Shown one piece after another: positions 15,706 to 31,210 of a stretch of DNA of 64,000 nt. The stretch is taken from the NCBI GenBank assembly GCA_951406725.2, contig OX597826.1, positions 51,398,001 to 51,462,000 of the forward strand, read 5' to 3'. A program made the position numbers and the translations under genes. This DNA is from Octopus vulgaris (lineage: Eukaryota). The notes beneath the pieces are model-generated. The model made no database searches. It was given only the letters and a program-made list of their open reading frames with translations, and had not been told where the DNA came from. Position 1 is the first letter of the stretch. Every line of letters starts with the position of its first letter.

Positions 15706-16639
15706 ATAACCGCCAGACTTCGTATTCGTTATCTATTCCTTCTGTTTTGCATATGTGAATTACAGGGTCTGTCATGCCCGGAGTCCAACTTTGATAGAAA
15801 TAAGCATTCTTGACTGCTATTTCTATTTTTTCGGTATGCGGTCAAGCAACCTGTTTTGCCTGTCCCTCTTTCTTATATACAATATATATACTGAACTTTA
15901 CAGAAGTTCCTGCCGGTAATCGGCTATATTTACATACCGAATTCTACCAGTAAATAATTGGTTTTTTTTTAAAAGCCTTTATAGAAATTATTTACTCTTA
16001 TCATTATATATATATATATATGAGAAATTGAAGTGGAACACGAAAATGGATGACGGAAAAGGACAAATAAATAGAAATTCTCTCAATAGGCTCAGCGTAA
16101 TTTCGGTGCATCTAAAGTTTAAAGAATTTATCTTCCGTGGCAGTACTCATCTGGTTGCGCCAGTGATACAGGGAATGTCACTGAGAACAAAAAGGCCTAA
16201 AATAATTTTATTTGTTATAGGCCTACAGTGATGTTAGTTTTAGCTGATTCTATTGATCCCAGTACTTTGCTACCAGCCATAAAGTCAATCTGTCGTAAAG
16301 CAACATCCCTGAAATGGAGCCGAATATTCCACGCGAAGATTCTATCCTCGTTCATCAAACATTACTGAAATACACACACACACACACAACACACACACAC
16401 ACACACACACATACATACACACACGTCCGCACACGCCCGCGTATACATCAGACCTATTTTCATCAAAGGCCTTTGATTAATGGCTATGATGAAACACATT
16501 TTCTGAAATCGTTGCAGAATACGATTGAACCTGTATATACGTGTTACGAAGTTAACTTGTTCGCGATAGATGAATATCTGCGAAGTAGAAACAATTCTGT
16601 ATTATATATATATTTCCTATTATTTCTATAATTTCTATA

Positions 16640-16783
16640 TATTCATTTTATTATAAGTGCAAAACAACTCCACGGAGGAATCGACGTAAGATTGAATAAT
16701 AAACAGCGATAGGTGAACCACCATAGGCGAACAGTGATAGGTGAACCGCAATAGGTGCACCACGATATGGCGAGGGATTACTG
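16640..16783 (-). mobile_element. pogo/Tigger-like MITE end
   Basis: Minus strand starts TA|CAGTAATCCCTCGCCATATCG, followed by repeated TTCACCTAT motifs. Confidence 0.55.
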
Positions 16784-16791
16784 TATATATA

Positions 16792-16827
<36 letters not shown>

Positions 16828-16874
16828 TGTATGTATGTATGTATGTATGTATATATGTATGTATATACATATAC

Positions 16875-16933
<59 letters not shown>

Positions 16934-17331
16934 CATACATATATATACATATGTATTATGTAAATATGTTTACTGGCATAATATGCAATCAGGTAGATGA
17001 ATGTGGTAAAGAGCTTTTTAGTATTTCTGAGCTTTAAATATCTTCCATTTTCCTTTCTCTAACTGTGTATCTAACTCTCCACAAACATACACATAAACAC
17101 ACACAAACTCACACACTGACACATTCACACATACACATATTCATTCTAAAACACTTCACTGTTTCATTTGCATGCCTCGTGGCTTCTTTATGTTAATGGC
17201 CTTGCTAACAGGTCGCGTTGAATCCTCGGTTCAGCATATGTTAATGGATTTGTACTGGGAGCAAATAAAATATCAATAATTAAAGAAATCTAAAATCAAT
17301 ACCTTCAAATGACAGTACAAAACGTACACGA

Positions 17332-17425
<94 letters not shown>

Positions 17426-19730
17426 GTATATATATATACACATATATATATATGTTTATATATATAAAAATATATATGTGTGTGTATATATGTATACTTA
17501 TATATACACGCATATACATGCACACACACTCATAGATTTATATGCTTACTTATATATATATATATATATATATATATACGCATGCGCACATATCTATGTC
17601 AGTCTATCTACATATATACCTTCATACAGAAAGCGTTATGAAAGCGGTGTAAATTTCCGAAGAAACAAATTTTAAGAATCTGTAATTTTATCGATTGATT
17701 CCCACCCTTCCCTTCCTTTCCCTCCCTCCCCTTCTTCTTCTTCTTCTTCTTCTTCTTCTTCTTCTTCTTCTTCTTCTTCTTCTTCTTCTTCTTCTTCTTC
17801 TTCTTCTTCTTCTTCTTCTTCTTCTTCTTCTTCCTCTTTCGTTTTCTCTCTCTTTACTACCTCCCATATATCTGTGAACCACCTCTTCTCACACACACTT
17901 TGCCTCTATCTTCTCCAATTTTCCGACAGACATTAACAGCTAAAACTCAAATCGTTTTGTAGAAGAAACACTTAAATGTTTAAGAAAGGGAAAATAATAT
18001 TAGGGAAAAATGTAAAATGATACAAATAAATAAATAAAAGGAAACGCAAAATGTAGGGAGAGAATGCGAGAGATAGAGGGTGAAAGGAGTGAGGGACGAA
18101 ATACATTAAAGGAAGCAAAGAACAGGGATTCTCTACTGACATCAAGAGGGATATGCATACATACATACACATACATACATACATACATACATACATACAT
18201 ACATACATACATACATACATACATACATACATACATACATACATACATACATACATACATACATACATACATACATGCATACATACATACATACATACAT
18301 ACATACATACATACACACATACATACACATATACATACATACATACTTACATACATACATACATACATACAGAGAGGAACCGAGAAAAATAAAAGAGAGA
18401 GAGAGAGGTGGGGTCAGAGTGAGATATATTCGTTTACTCTTTAAGTGATTTCTATCGCTGATCTGGGTCACTGCCTTCGATCAGCTCATAGACAATTACC
18501 TGGCACAATACAATCACCTTCCCCGTTCTTCCTTCTCGGAATCTCGATCCTCTGGAATCTCGTCTTTGCCCCAGTCTTTTCCGTAGATATTCTTTCTCTA
18601 AGACTGAAGAGAAACAGTAATGACGTCAATATCACCGGTCTTAGAGGCCACGCAACAAAGGACTCTCCACGATCCCTTTAGAATCTTGGAAGCCCAGGAT
18701 TCGTGGGAGAGCGAGAAGGAAGAAGCTATCCTCAAATTGGAAACCTCATCCGAATACTTCCAAAAATATGGACTCCATACTCAAGGTGCTAGGTTGTGTT
18801 TTTTTTTTGTTAAACTTGTTAACACATTAAGTGTACCACCCAATGAGGCCATGGTGGGATTTGAATGCAGATCGCAAACTGCTAGAACAAGTATCGCAAC
18901 ACATCTAGCCTGATATTCTTACTTTTCCATCAATCTACAGCATTGTGTGTATGCATGTATGCATGTACGTATGTATGTATGTGTACATGTGTGTGTGTAT
19001 GTTATATAATTCATAGTTACACAGACACACACGTAAGTATAGAAACACAGAGAGTGAGTGAAAACAGCAATAAATGAGAGAAAGAGAGAGGGAGAGAGAG
19101 AGAAAGAGAGGGAAGTAAAAAGACATACAGAGAAATTGAGAGTCTCCATATTCACTTAATCTGATCGATGACCTAGTTTTAAAGAGTCGGTGTGTGTAAG
19201 TGAGATTAAGTAAGTCAAGGTATAACTTTCGATGTGTTACAAAGAATTACAAGGCATGAAATGCTAGTCACGTTATGTACATTTGCAGTACAATCTTCCC
19301 AGTGTCACAATACTTTCGCTGGAGGCTGTGTTTATTGATCTGTGGTAAGTATGGTATAGTGCATGTCAACAATATTTTAATAGGATATTCAGTTTCCATC
19401 TAACAACGGCCATTATGCTCCAGAATGTTGTTTTTTCTTTACAGAAACAACCTCCCGTCTACTCCACCCTCATATAAGCAAAAAATACTGCAATCGAATT
19501 ATTTAAATTTTTTTCTTTTGCTCTCTAGAAATTTTTCCAAACGATAGAAAAGAATTTCTTTTTTAAATCAAAGACGTTTTTATTTTTGTCTATTTTCACT
19601 TCAAGCTTTCTTTATGGAGCTACCTTTTGTTAGTTCCAATAGCATCTGTTAAATCCTCTCTCTTTCCCCTTCTTTTCTACTTCTTTATCTCTCTCTCACA
19701 CACTCACTTTTCTCACACCCCTTTTCTTGC

Positions 19731-19774
<44 letters not shown>

Positions 19775-22596
19775 CGAAAGAGAAAATTGTTGTTTTCTGT
19801 AGCATGAGAGAGTAAACTTCTAGATAGTCTGCATCCATCCTAACAAAGTATAAAATGTGTGACTGCGGGGGGTGGGGTGATTGTACATTAAGTATTTGAC
19901 TTCATTGCATTCAGCGTTCGAATCCAGCTGAGGCCAATGATACATATCATCCTTCCAGAGTCGCTAAAAGAAATTACTAGTGAAGATAAGTAGAATGGCG
20001 GAGGGTAGAGCGGGATGGTTCACGATATTTTTTTCTGGTTTTGTATACTGAAATCAAACCCAGGTCTGTTTGTAACCTGGTTTAACAAAATCACCTCGTC
20101 TCTGATTGTCTCTAGTAGAGCAGAGATAGGTCTTTCACACTTCTCTCTTACCACTCTACCGTCTATAAGGCTAAATGCTTTATGGATGCGAAACCATTAG
20201 TCACTCTAAGACCAGGCATATAATTAACTTCCTATAAATACATAACTGGTCTAACTTTTAGTGTGCTTCTTTTTCTGATATATGACTCGCTGACTATATA
20301 TATACACATACATACATATATATGTATGTATGTATATACCAGTTTGTTGTTTACACACCTGTCTTTGTCTTTTGCTTTTTGTAAATTCCAACTCTGTGTG
20401 TGTGTGTGTGTACTATTGTACGTGTATAATAAGTTATTAGAATGAAGAAATTTGTGGACAGCTCCAGATTTCATTTACATCCTTAATCTCTGATTAACTT
20501 GTAATTTATTTTTACTAGTGAGAAACTGACAGCATCTGATAATGTTAAGCTGTTTACTTAGTTTGTCTAGAGAAACCTTTGTTAATAAAAGGTTTGGGGT
20601 TTAAACCCGCGCAGGTAGTTCTATTTCAAATACTAATTCCAACATTTGCTAACTCATGTAATTTCGCAGAAATTTCAAGGACAGAGCCTTTCAATCTATG
20701 AAAGCAAATTCTTCACAGATTTTGATGACAGACTTTTCAAGTATTCTGTACTGACGGCGAACAAGTAATGCAGTGTACACCAGTAGCTAAAACATCATAC
20801 ACGAAAACTTCAAAGTTATAATTGTTTCTAGGTCGCACCCTACTGGCACAGGAGCGGCTGTAGCTGTGTTGTGAAGAAGTTTATTTTGCAACCAGATGTT
20901 TTCTGTTTCGATTCTACACTGCCCATCAACTAAGAAATCTTTTCTTTTGTATATTTTTTCTTGTTTGTTTTAACTAATAGAGCTGGATTTGTGTAATTCC
21001 TGATACAAAAGACATTCTTTCACCTTATAATAAATTTTAAATGTTAAAAAGAACACGGAACAGCTCATAAATTTGGTTATTCGATCTAGTTTCATGGCTT
21101 AGAACAGATGAGAAATACATTTGTTCATTGGTATGATGCCATCGCAATGCAGCTTCTTGTAATTAGTATGTATTGAAAGGTGGATCAATTTTCGCATTTA
21201 ATTCTATGTAATTAACCGAAATCCACGTTTCTGAATAATTTCGATAGAAATAATCTTTTACGAGCTATACTTCTATTAATGTTAAATTTACTCAGAAGTT
21301 TACATATTGATTATTGTTTGACTGGTAAGGGAAGCTCAGTTAACTCACTGACGGCAATGATATTGATATTCCTGACGTAGAGAAGGTGGTTTTGTTTTTC
21401 GTATGCTATGTGTATATAGAAATGCTATCTTTTGTTTCATGACTTAAGAATTCAGCCTTTGCTTGTCTTGAACTTCATAAGTTTTCAATCATTGACTTGA
21501 AAGACTGTTCTTACATCATGTGGCGTGGATGTAATTCTTTATTATTATTTTTTGGTTTTGTGATAACACAGTCTTATTTTTAAAGATTGCAATTAAGAAA
21601 ACGTTGCATAAAATTAATAGTTAGAACAAATAAGCTGATAAATTCTTACTTCGTATTCACATGCAAGCACAGACGATAAAATAGGAAAACCAAATGTTAG
21701 GGTATTCTTCTTGAATATTCGTAATTAGTAGACCCCTACGAAATAGAAGATTGCTCCGATTAACCTCAAAAGGTGATATTCCGGCATATCTGCCCATCTC
21801 TTTCTCTCTCTTTCTCTCTCTCTTTTTCTGTATGATTCGATCTCCTCCTCCTACCCCTCTTTCATCTTCGCTCAACCTTTCTGTATTTGCTCTCCTCTCT
21901 CTTTCTCTCTCTCTCCCTCTTCCCCTTAGTAGTCTTCTTTCAATCGTCTTAATCATTCCTATTCTTCCATCCTGGTCCAAATCTCCTGCTTAACGACTTT
22001 TGCCCATCTCATTTTCCCCATCTACTACTATCTCATTCAACCTTATACCCCGCCCTTCTTTATTCTATGAATAATAGTCTTTAACGTAAACTTTTTAAAC
22101 ACTTATTGGACTGCTCAATAAACTTGTGGTGAGATATTTAGTTTTAATATTCGAATTTATACGATTCCTTTTATATCAGTTACTATTATCGATTGAGGCC
22201 ATCTAATAATGCATTGTTAATGCAGCAGCTAACTTCTGCTTACACAAGCAAGCATGCACAGAACATATGATACTAAAATATACATTTAATACACCCCGCC
22301 ACGTACATATACACATACATATCTGAGTGCGTGTTTGTACGTGTGTATGTGAGTATGAGTAAGTCATTTAAACTCACTCAATAACCTGTGAAGAGGTCGA
22401 AAGAAATGTTTCTGGATTCCAAATTGCGATCAGTATATGCCATGTACAGCACAATTCTACATATATGCCATAATACAATACTACATATCAAGAATTTGCA
22501 GAATCTTAAGAATGTTCAGTTTTTTCGACAGTTTTCTATATCTATCTATCTTTAATTTTTCGTTTATATTTTCGAATCCAGATTTGTTTAACCTAC

Positions 22597-22628
<32 letters not shown>

Positions 22629-23562
22629 GTTACTTTTTCATTGGCAAGGCACTTTCTTTTCTTAGTAGATTCTCAAGACACGTTCTTTGTAGCTGCGAAC
22701 AAAAACGATTTTAAAAAATTTCAAATGTCACAAGAAAATAAACCACATCTACTCTCACAAAAGAAACTTTTTTTTCATAGGTAGTGTGATAAAACTCAGA
22801 CCAAACCAATACCAAGAATAAAAGAATCTACATGGTTAATCTGATTTTCGTCGATGTATAAGACAGTTTGCACGCAAATGTCAGTGCCTTATTCTGAATG
22901 AATACGTTGATATTTAATGTGGCAGATCCGAATTCCAGCAGATCGAAGATTTCTGCTAGTTTTCTTTTCATTAGTCACAAATATTGTTCGTCCATGTAGC
23001 GGTTAATAATTCGCAAAATCTCTGTAAATTGTAAGTCTGAACATAAGTCTGCATTTTATCTCCTATTCTATGCGAAGAAATATGTGACGAAAATCATGGG
23101 TAAAGCACTATGTCATAGATGAGTAAAATATACACTATATACACACAAAAACACACATAATTACCCATATATATATACACGCACATGCACATACACACAC
23201 ATCTAGAGGTGCAGGAAAAACATACATATATATATATATATATATCATAAGATGAACAATTGCATTCTATTTAGCCTTTGAGCAACTTGCGCGGCCACTG
23301 CCAGCATGGAAAGTTCTTAATCTTATCATTAATGGCGCGAAACTGAGTATTACCATTTAGTTGATAACTGATAAAGAATTAGGGACCTGTATCTATCTCC
23401 CGTGCGATTGTGCACACCGTACACGTTATGTCGTTTGTTTACTTATACATTTTTTCACTTTTTCATATATATATATATATATATATAAAATGTGACCGCG
23501 TGTGTACCGTTGGCGATTTTTTTTCCTCTGTCTTCCCTTCTCTGGAACTTTCCTTCTCCTAT

Positions 23563-23597
23563 GTTTCCGACGAAGAGCTCCGCTCGAAACGTTAAAC
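23563..23597 (+). ncRNA. Minimal hammerhead variant (CCGACGA core)
   Basis: GTTT-CCGACGA-A-GAGC-TCC-GCTC-GAA-ACGT-T-AAAC. A degenerate homolog with CTGACGA lies at 621-655. Confidence 0.55.
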
Positions 23598-23772
23598 CCT
23601 CCTTCCTTCCTTCTTTCCTGAGCGTCCAATAATACTATATTTGTTCCACGTCCTCGCGTTGTTGTGTTTTTCTTTTGGGCTTTCATGTTTGGATTAACTT
23701 TATATATATATATATGTTTGGATTAACTTTATATATATATATACGAGAAAGAAGCGACAAGAATGGATTAGT

Positions 23773-23863
23773 TTTTAGTACAATTGTTTCATACAAAGAC
23801 AGGCTTTATTAAAAGTTGCAAAAATTGCAGCAGATAAAAGTGTCCCGTACTCATCAGCTAAAA
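23773..23863 (-). ncRNA. Type I hammerhead ribozyme, inverted copy of 24327-24417
   Basis: Reverse complement of the 24327-24417 motif, in the left arm of the inverted repeat. Confidence 0.85.
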
Positions 23864-24326
23864 TACATATGAGTTCTCCAAACATCTTAGTGGGTGAGGC
23901 TATACTCATGAAGTATTGGAGATAATTTCATTAAAAGCAGATTTAGGTTGTAAACAGATTACCGAAGTTCTTTAATGATGATGCACAGTCTTATCACAGG
24001 TTTTAAAAAAAGCTTATTAGCTTCACAGAGAAGGTGAATTAATCCGTAGTGTAGATGTAAATTTCCAGAGATATGAGGAGGAATTTCATACTCACAGACG
24101 ATGAATTTATCCATGGTTAATCCACAATGAGGTGGGTATCATTTCATGCTATATGATAAGGTCTTTGCCACATTACTGTTCTCTCTCCCTCTCTGTTACA
24201 CACGCACATACATATATCCGGTATTCGGAAATCTGTTTACAACCTAAATCTGCTTTTAATGAAATTATCTCCAATACTTCATGAGTATAGCCTCACCCAC
24301 TAAGATGTTTGGAGAACTCATATGCA

Positions 24327-24417
24327 TTTTAGCTGATGAGTACGGGACACTTTTATCTGCTGCAATTTTTGCAACTTTTAATAAAGCCTGTCTTTGTATG
24401 AAACAATTGTACTAAAA
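24327..24417 (+). ncRNA. Type I hammerhead ribozyme, canonical core
   Basis: TTTTAG-CTGATGA-GTACGGGACA...TGTCTTTGTAT-GAAAC-AATT-GTA-CTAAAA: 6-bp stem I, G-U-rich stem II, palindromic stem III ACAATTGT, GUA triplet (predicted cleavage after 24411). Confidence 0.85.
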
Positions 24418-24557
24418 ACTAATCCATTCTTGTTGCTTCTTTCTCGTTTATAATCACCCCACATTACTGTATGGTTAACACCATATAGTTTTCTGGTGCA
24501 TCTAAGTTAAGTACCGCATTCAAGTAGATTCATTAGAATTGACTTGAATCTTAATTG

Positions 24558-24618
<61 letters not shown>

Positions 24619-25284
24619 AACTTCGTGCGTGTGTGTCTATCTATCTATTTATCTATCTATCTATGATGTTCGTCGACTGGACGTCGAACAAAATCACTAT
24701 TACACTGGAGACGTGCGTGTAACAGGTCGGATATCATTTCCACAATGGTCTCTCACTTGAATGCGTGGCTCTGATATTTTTTACATTTTAGTCAAAAATG
24801 TGACGCAGTATCTGGTGAAGAAGGACACCAACAAGAGGTCCACACTTGGCTTTCACAAAATGATCTCTCTCTCCCTCTCTGTCACACACGCACATACATA
24901 TATCCGGTATTCTTATATATCCTGTACAAAGAGGCATGCCTTTCATGCTAGCTTTTAATCTCGTTATAGGACTTCTGGTTAAACAACAACAACAACCATA
25001 CCTAACACTGCTTGAAATAATTTTCCCCAGACGGCCAGAGGATTAACCTTCGAATTGAACGAGTAAACAAGAGAAAAAAAACCCAAGAAGAATCAAAAAT
25101 GTTAACACAAAATAATTTGGGGTGAACGTTATACGTATTAGAAAGTCGAATACAAAATACCAGATGTCAGACACTTTTCATTTTTTAATATATCAGAGCT
25201 TACTTGAAAGAAAAAATGAGAGTGTATATATATATATATATATATAAAATAAATAAATAAATAAATAAATAAATAAGTAAATAA

Positions 25285-25421
<137 letters not shown>

Positions 25422-25822
25422 TAATCATGGTGGGAAAATTCGAGGCTGGCTGTTGTTGACTTCTTGTGGAGATGGAAAAAAAATCTAGTTATTTTGAATT
25501 TTTAAAGAATGCAAGTATATTATTTTTGTTCTATCATCCTATTAGTGATAGAAATGCAAGGTAGAGGGGGAAAGTCTGGCAGTTCTATTTCTGTACTATT
25601 AGTACATGCAATTTACTGACAGTTCTCGTAGAACAAGAGGTAGGCTCTTTGAGAAACAAGTCACCAGACAATTTCGACTTCTTTGGTTAGAGCTGCTATT
25701 TTTTTCTTTTTGCCAAATAAACTAAAGACCTCGAGGCAAACACGAACGTTTCACATTCTTTTTTTCTGTAAGTAGCTAGCATGGTGCCATCCAAGAAATT
25801 ACTGCAAGAATGACTACTACTT

Positions 25823-25867
<45 letters not shown>

Positions 25868-25928
25868 GAATGAGTGCTCAAAATTGAGTAATGGGTTTCT
25901 GATATATATTTATGTGTCTGTCTGCCTC

Positions 25929-26013
<85 letters not shown>

Positions 26014-26017
26014 TCTA

Positions 26018-26090
<73 letters not shown>

Positions 26091-26347
26091 TTATCTATCT
26101 ATCTATATGTATATATATATATATTTATAAATAAGGATAATATCGATATTATCAAGTGGCTAGCATGGGAAAAAATACCATACAAAGGTAATAATTTTTT
26201 ACTACTAAAAATATTATTTTTAGTTATTTATATAAATATATATCTTAGAAAGAAAGAATGAACACGCAAAACATGTGGTATCGTTTTGAAGGATGGAATT
26301 TATAATTTAAACATAATTGTAGAGCTCTTAAATTCGATGCTCTAGAG

Positions 26348-27576
26348 CAGAGGTTCGTAACGTGGGAGGCGCTGTCGAATTGTTTATTATTGTGCGGTGG
26401 CCATGTCGAATTGGGCATTATTGGGCGGTTGTCATGTCGAATTGGGCATTATTGGGCGGTGAGGTAACATAATTAACATACTAAATTTTAACTATACTAG
26501 TAACTATATCATAAATGATAAAACTAATCATGGTTATTAAATTAAAATTTGGCGTAAGTATATATCGTGGCTGAAGACATGTTTGAATAAGAATGATTAA
26601 TTTTTAAGTCTATATATCTGTCTTGAATAGTATTTTTAGATGCGTAGACTTTCTTGTTTCTTCCTATTGTGATATTCATTGTATTTTGTTTATAGATAAA
26701 ACTACATACAATTGTTGTGTACGTTATCTTTTAAAAATTTAGAACGAGTGGAAAAGGATAGTGCCGTCAATACTCGAGTGAATATTTGGAATATGGATTC
26801 GTTTCATCCATAAATAATGAGCAATTGTCACTATGTGAAAAAATGTATTAATGAGGACTTTAAGAATGATTGAACAGTTACAATGCATCCACATGCAGCC
26901 GGAGCAGATGAGGACTACTTTCGCCAGAGGAAAAACGATTTTAAAAATTACCTTACTCTCAAAGGGTTGTTTACCAAACAAGCTAGGTAAATAGAGAAGG
27001 GGTTTGTTATGTCTTGTAAACCTTCAAAATTAATTGCGAAATGTTGTAACCACATAGTCTTTGCGAAACTGTTTCCTTACCGGCTATAAATGAAAATTTG
27101 GATACTAACATTTGGCCAAATGTTATAACAACGTCAATTCCTCTCAGTAATAATACAGTAGCAGCAAGATTAGATGATTGGGCGAAAGATGTGGAAAGGA
27201 AACTATGCGATGATTTAAGAGACGAAGAAACATTTCCACAATTTGAGTCAACGTTACGCAACAATGAATCTTTGCAATAAGTTAAAGAGGAAATCATGGC
27301 TTTCTTTGACTAACATTGAACCTGATATAGAAAATTTAGCTAGATCTCATCAGGCAGAGGGAAGTCTTTAATTTGCTATGTATACAGTAAATTTACTTTT
27401 GTATAAATTTTATATCATATCACTGTTTAAAGCCTATGCAATCCATGTTTTGAGTAACATTTATACACTTTCATCTAAGTTAAGTTTAGTCGTGATATCT
27501 CACTTGCCACCTAGTTGGGTGCTAGTCATAACAAGTACTTAAAAAGGGGCGCTATAAAACAGGTTACGAACCACTC
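26348..27576 (+). mobile_element. Internally deleted hAT transposon (Charlie/Buster-like)
   Basis: TIRs CAGAGGTTCGTAAC / GTTACGAACCACTC and 8-bp TSD CTCTAGAG (26340-26347, 27577-27584). Peptide relics IPLSNNTVAARLDDWAKDVERKL and C-terminal LTNIEPDIENLARSHQAEGS. A 31-bp subterminal tandem repeat lies at 26373-26460. Confidence 0.9.
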
Positions 27577-27771
27577 CTCTAGAGCGATACTATATGTTTT
27601 ACCTGTGCATTCTTCATTCCTAATAGATATCTATCCGCCCAATGATGAACTGTTTATAACCATTCATTGCTAGGCCTCTACAACACCACCTTTGTTGTAG
27701 TCGCAGTTCAAGTCAGAGTTTGAGTGGTAAGCCAGCCTGGGACATATTGTATATGTCTAATGCATTACGCG

Positions 27772-27816
<45 letters not shown>

Positions 27817-29018
27817 GGACCGTAAAGTATGGATGCATAATGTCTTTAGACTAACTCTCTTTCCAGAAGAAAATCAAGGATATTAGAGACATTTTCTATG
27901 TATCTAGACTTTATTATCACTCTGTGTATATATACTACAAATCTAATACCGGTGTCCAGGTAATCGATTACACTTCTCTAGAAAACAACATTTGGCTCTA
28001 TATCTTTGTGCAAAAGAAAATTTACTTTTAATGTTCCTGGGTGATAAAATAAATCTCATTCAAGTACCGGGGGGAAATTTAAAGAAATAAATTTCCCTTC
28101 ACCAAAAAAACTTATGTCCCTGTATCTGTGTTAGAAATCATTATTGTTAGAACTGTCAAGTCTATAAAAATGGCGCTTAGAACTGTCTGGCATTACATCC
28201 TTAGTTTCCGAAAAAGCCAAAATGCATAATATATTTCAACAAATTGATTAAAATAGAATATAAATTTGAAATAAAGAAAAAGAAATCAACCACACACAAT
28301 ATGTTGGTTTTCCGTTTTATATCTTGCATTTACCGGTAGGTGTCGCCTTACAAGATTAAATTTATCCTAGGTTATTAGATACCAGAGCAATTTAAGAAGC
28401 AAGTTGCTTTTGTTCATTCGATAAGAATATCGGTCTGTTGCAGGCATTGGAACTGACAGTGTGAGATAGTGATTTCTAGTATCCCGTTAAATTGTTGAGG
28501 ATAATTTTAAGAACACATCTTCGTTTAGTGTATTTAAATAGTCCAATGAAGGGTATGGAAGTAGTTTGTAATTATTACCAGGTTCTACTCAAGGAGGAAT
28601 TTGATCTTAGCCATTTAAGCTAACCAGACGCAATCTAATCACAAATAACCTTATAGCTGATCCTTATCATTAATCCTTATAGTTGATTATGTATATTTTC
28701 CCATCTCATAACACTTTATTAAAGTTGTGTGTACCAGGTTGCTGAAGTAATTTAATCTCAAGTCAGCCTTGAACAATCGAATTTTAGTTTGAAAGCATTT
28801 CAAACATATATTTCTAGGAATACGCCATCTAATAAAAATCCCTCGTTTAATGTTAAAATAATATTTCTACAGTCGCAGGCGTGGCTGTATGGTGCAAAGT
28901 TTGCCTTCCAACAACATGGTTCCTGGTTCAGTCGCACTTCATGGTACCTTGGATAAGTGTCAAAACTTTGTCAGTGAATTTGGTTGACGGAAAAAGAAAC
29001 ATGACCCATTGTATGTAT

Positions 29019-29057
<39 letters not shown>

Positions 29058-29393
29058 CATATAACTACTTATCTTGGGGTATATGTCTATTAGCATGTCG
29101 ATTAAAGCGCATTCACCGGTATAACCCCAAACGTATGCTACACATTCACCGATACGACCCCAAAGTTATCCTACGCTGTGTTAGTGCACCAATGTACAAC
29201 TAGCCAGAGCAACATATCAAGGAGGTCTCAGTATATCTAGTGGGATATATTGTCCTACACCAAGCACCTGTAGTGACATGGTCTGCACTGATTGGACAGA
29301 TACGCTATTGGACAAATGCAGGATGGGTAGAAACGATCGTCGGACTGAATAAAGATTCGTACTAAATCCATCTTCCGCTTCCTTCATCAACTC

Positions 29394-31210
<1,817 letters not shown>

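Larger units (their letters stand above)
14162..16009 (-). mobile_element. Non-coding HHR-bearing retroelement array (retrozyme / Penelope pseudo-LTR-like): two full ~642-bp direct units, a partial third unit, then an inverted copy
   Basis: The unit start AGAAAGAGGGACAGG recurs at 14162, 14804 and 15445. The reverse-complement copy spans ~15559-16009. Each full unit carries one hammerhead motif, (TA)n flanks both ends, and there is no meaningful ORF. Confidence 0.8.
23743..24447. mobile_element. Element with ~224-bp inverted arms, each containing an HHR (Penelope-like inverted pseudo-LTR structure)
   Basis: 23743-23966 is a near-identical reverse complement of 24224-24447. (TA)n lies on the left and nearby on the right. 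Confidence 0.7.

Noticed and set aside
14260-15775. Repeated 63-aa ORF MTDPVIHICK...
   Set aside because: Short, with no recognisable domain, and repeated only because the non-coding unit is repeated.
29096-29392. Solo LTR replacing the left end of the Tc1/mariner element
   Set aside because: It has an AATAAA and a short internal repeat, but no clear TG...CA ends or TSD.
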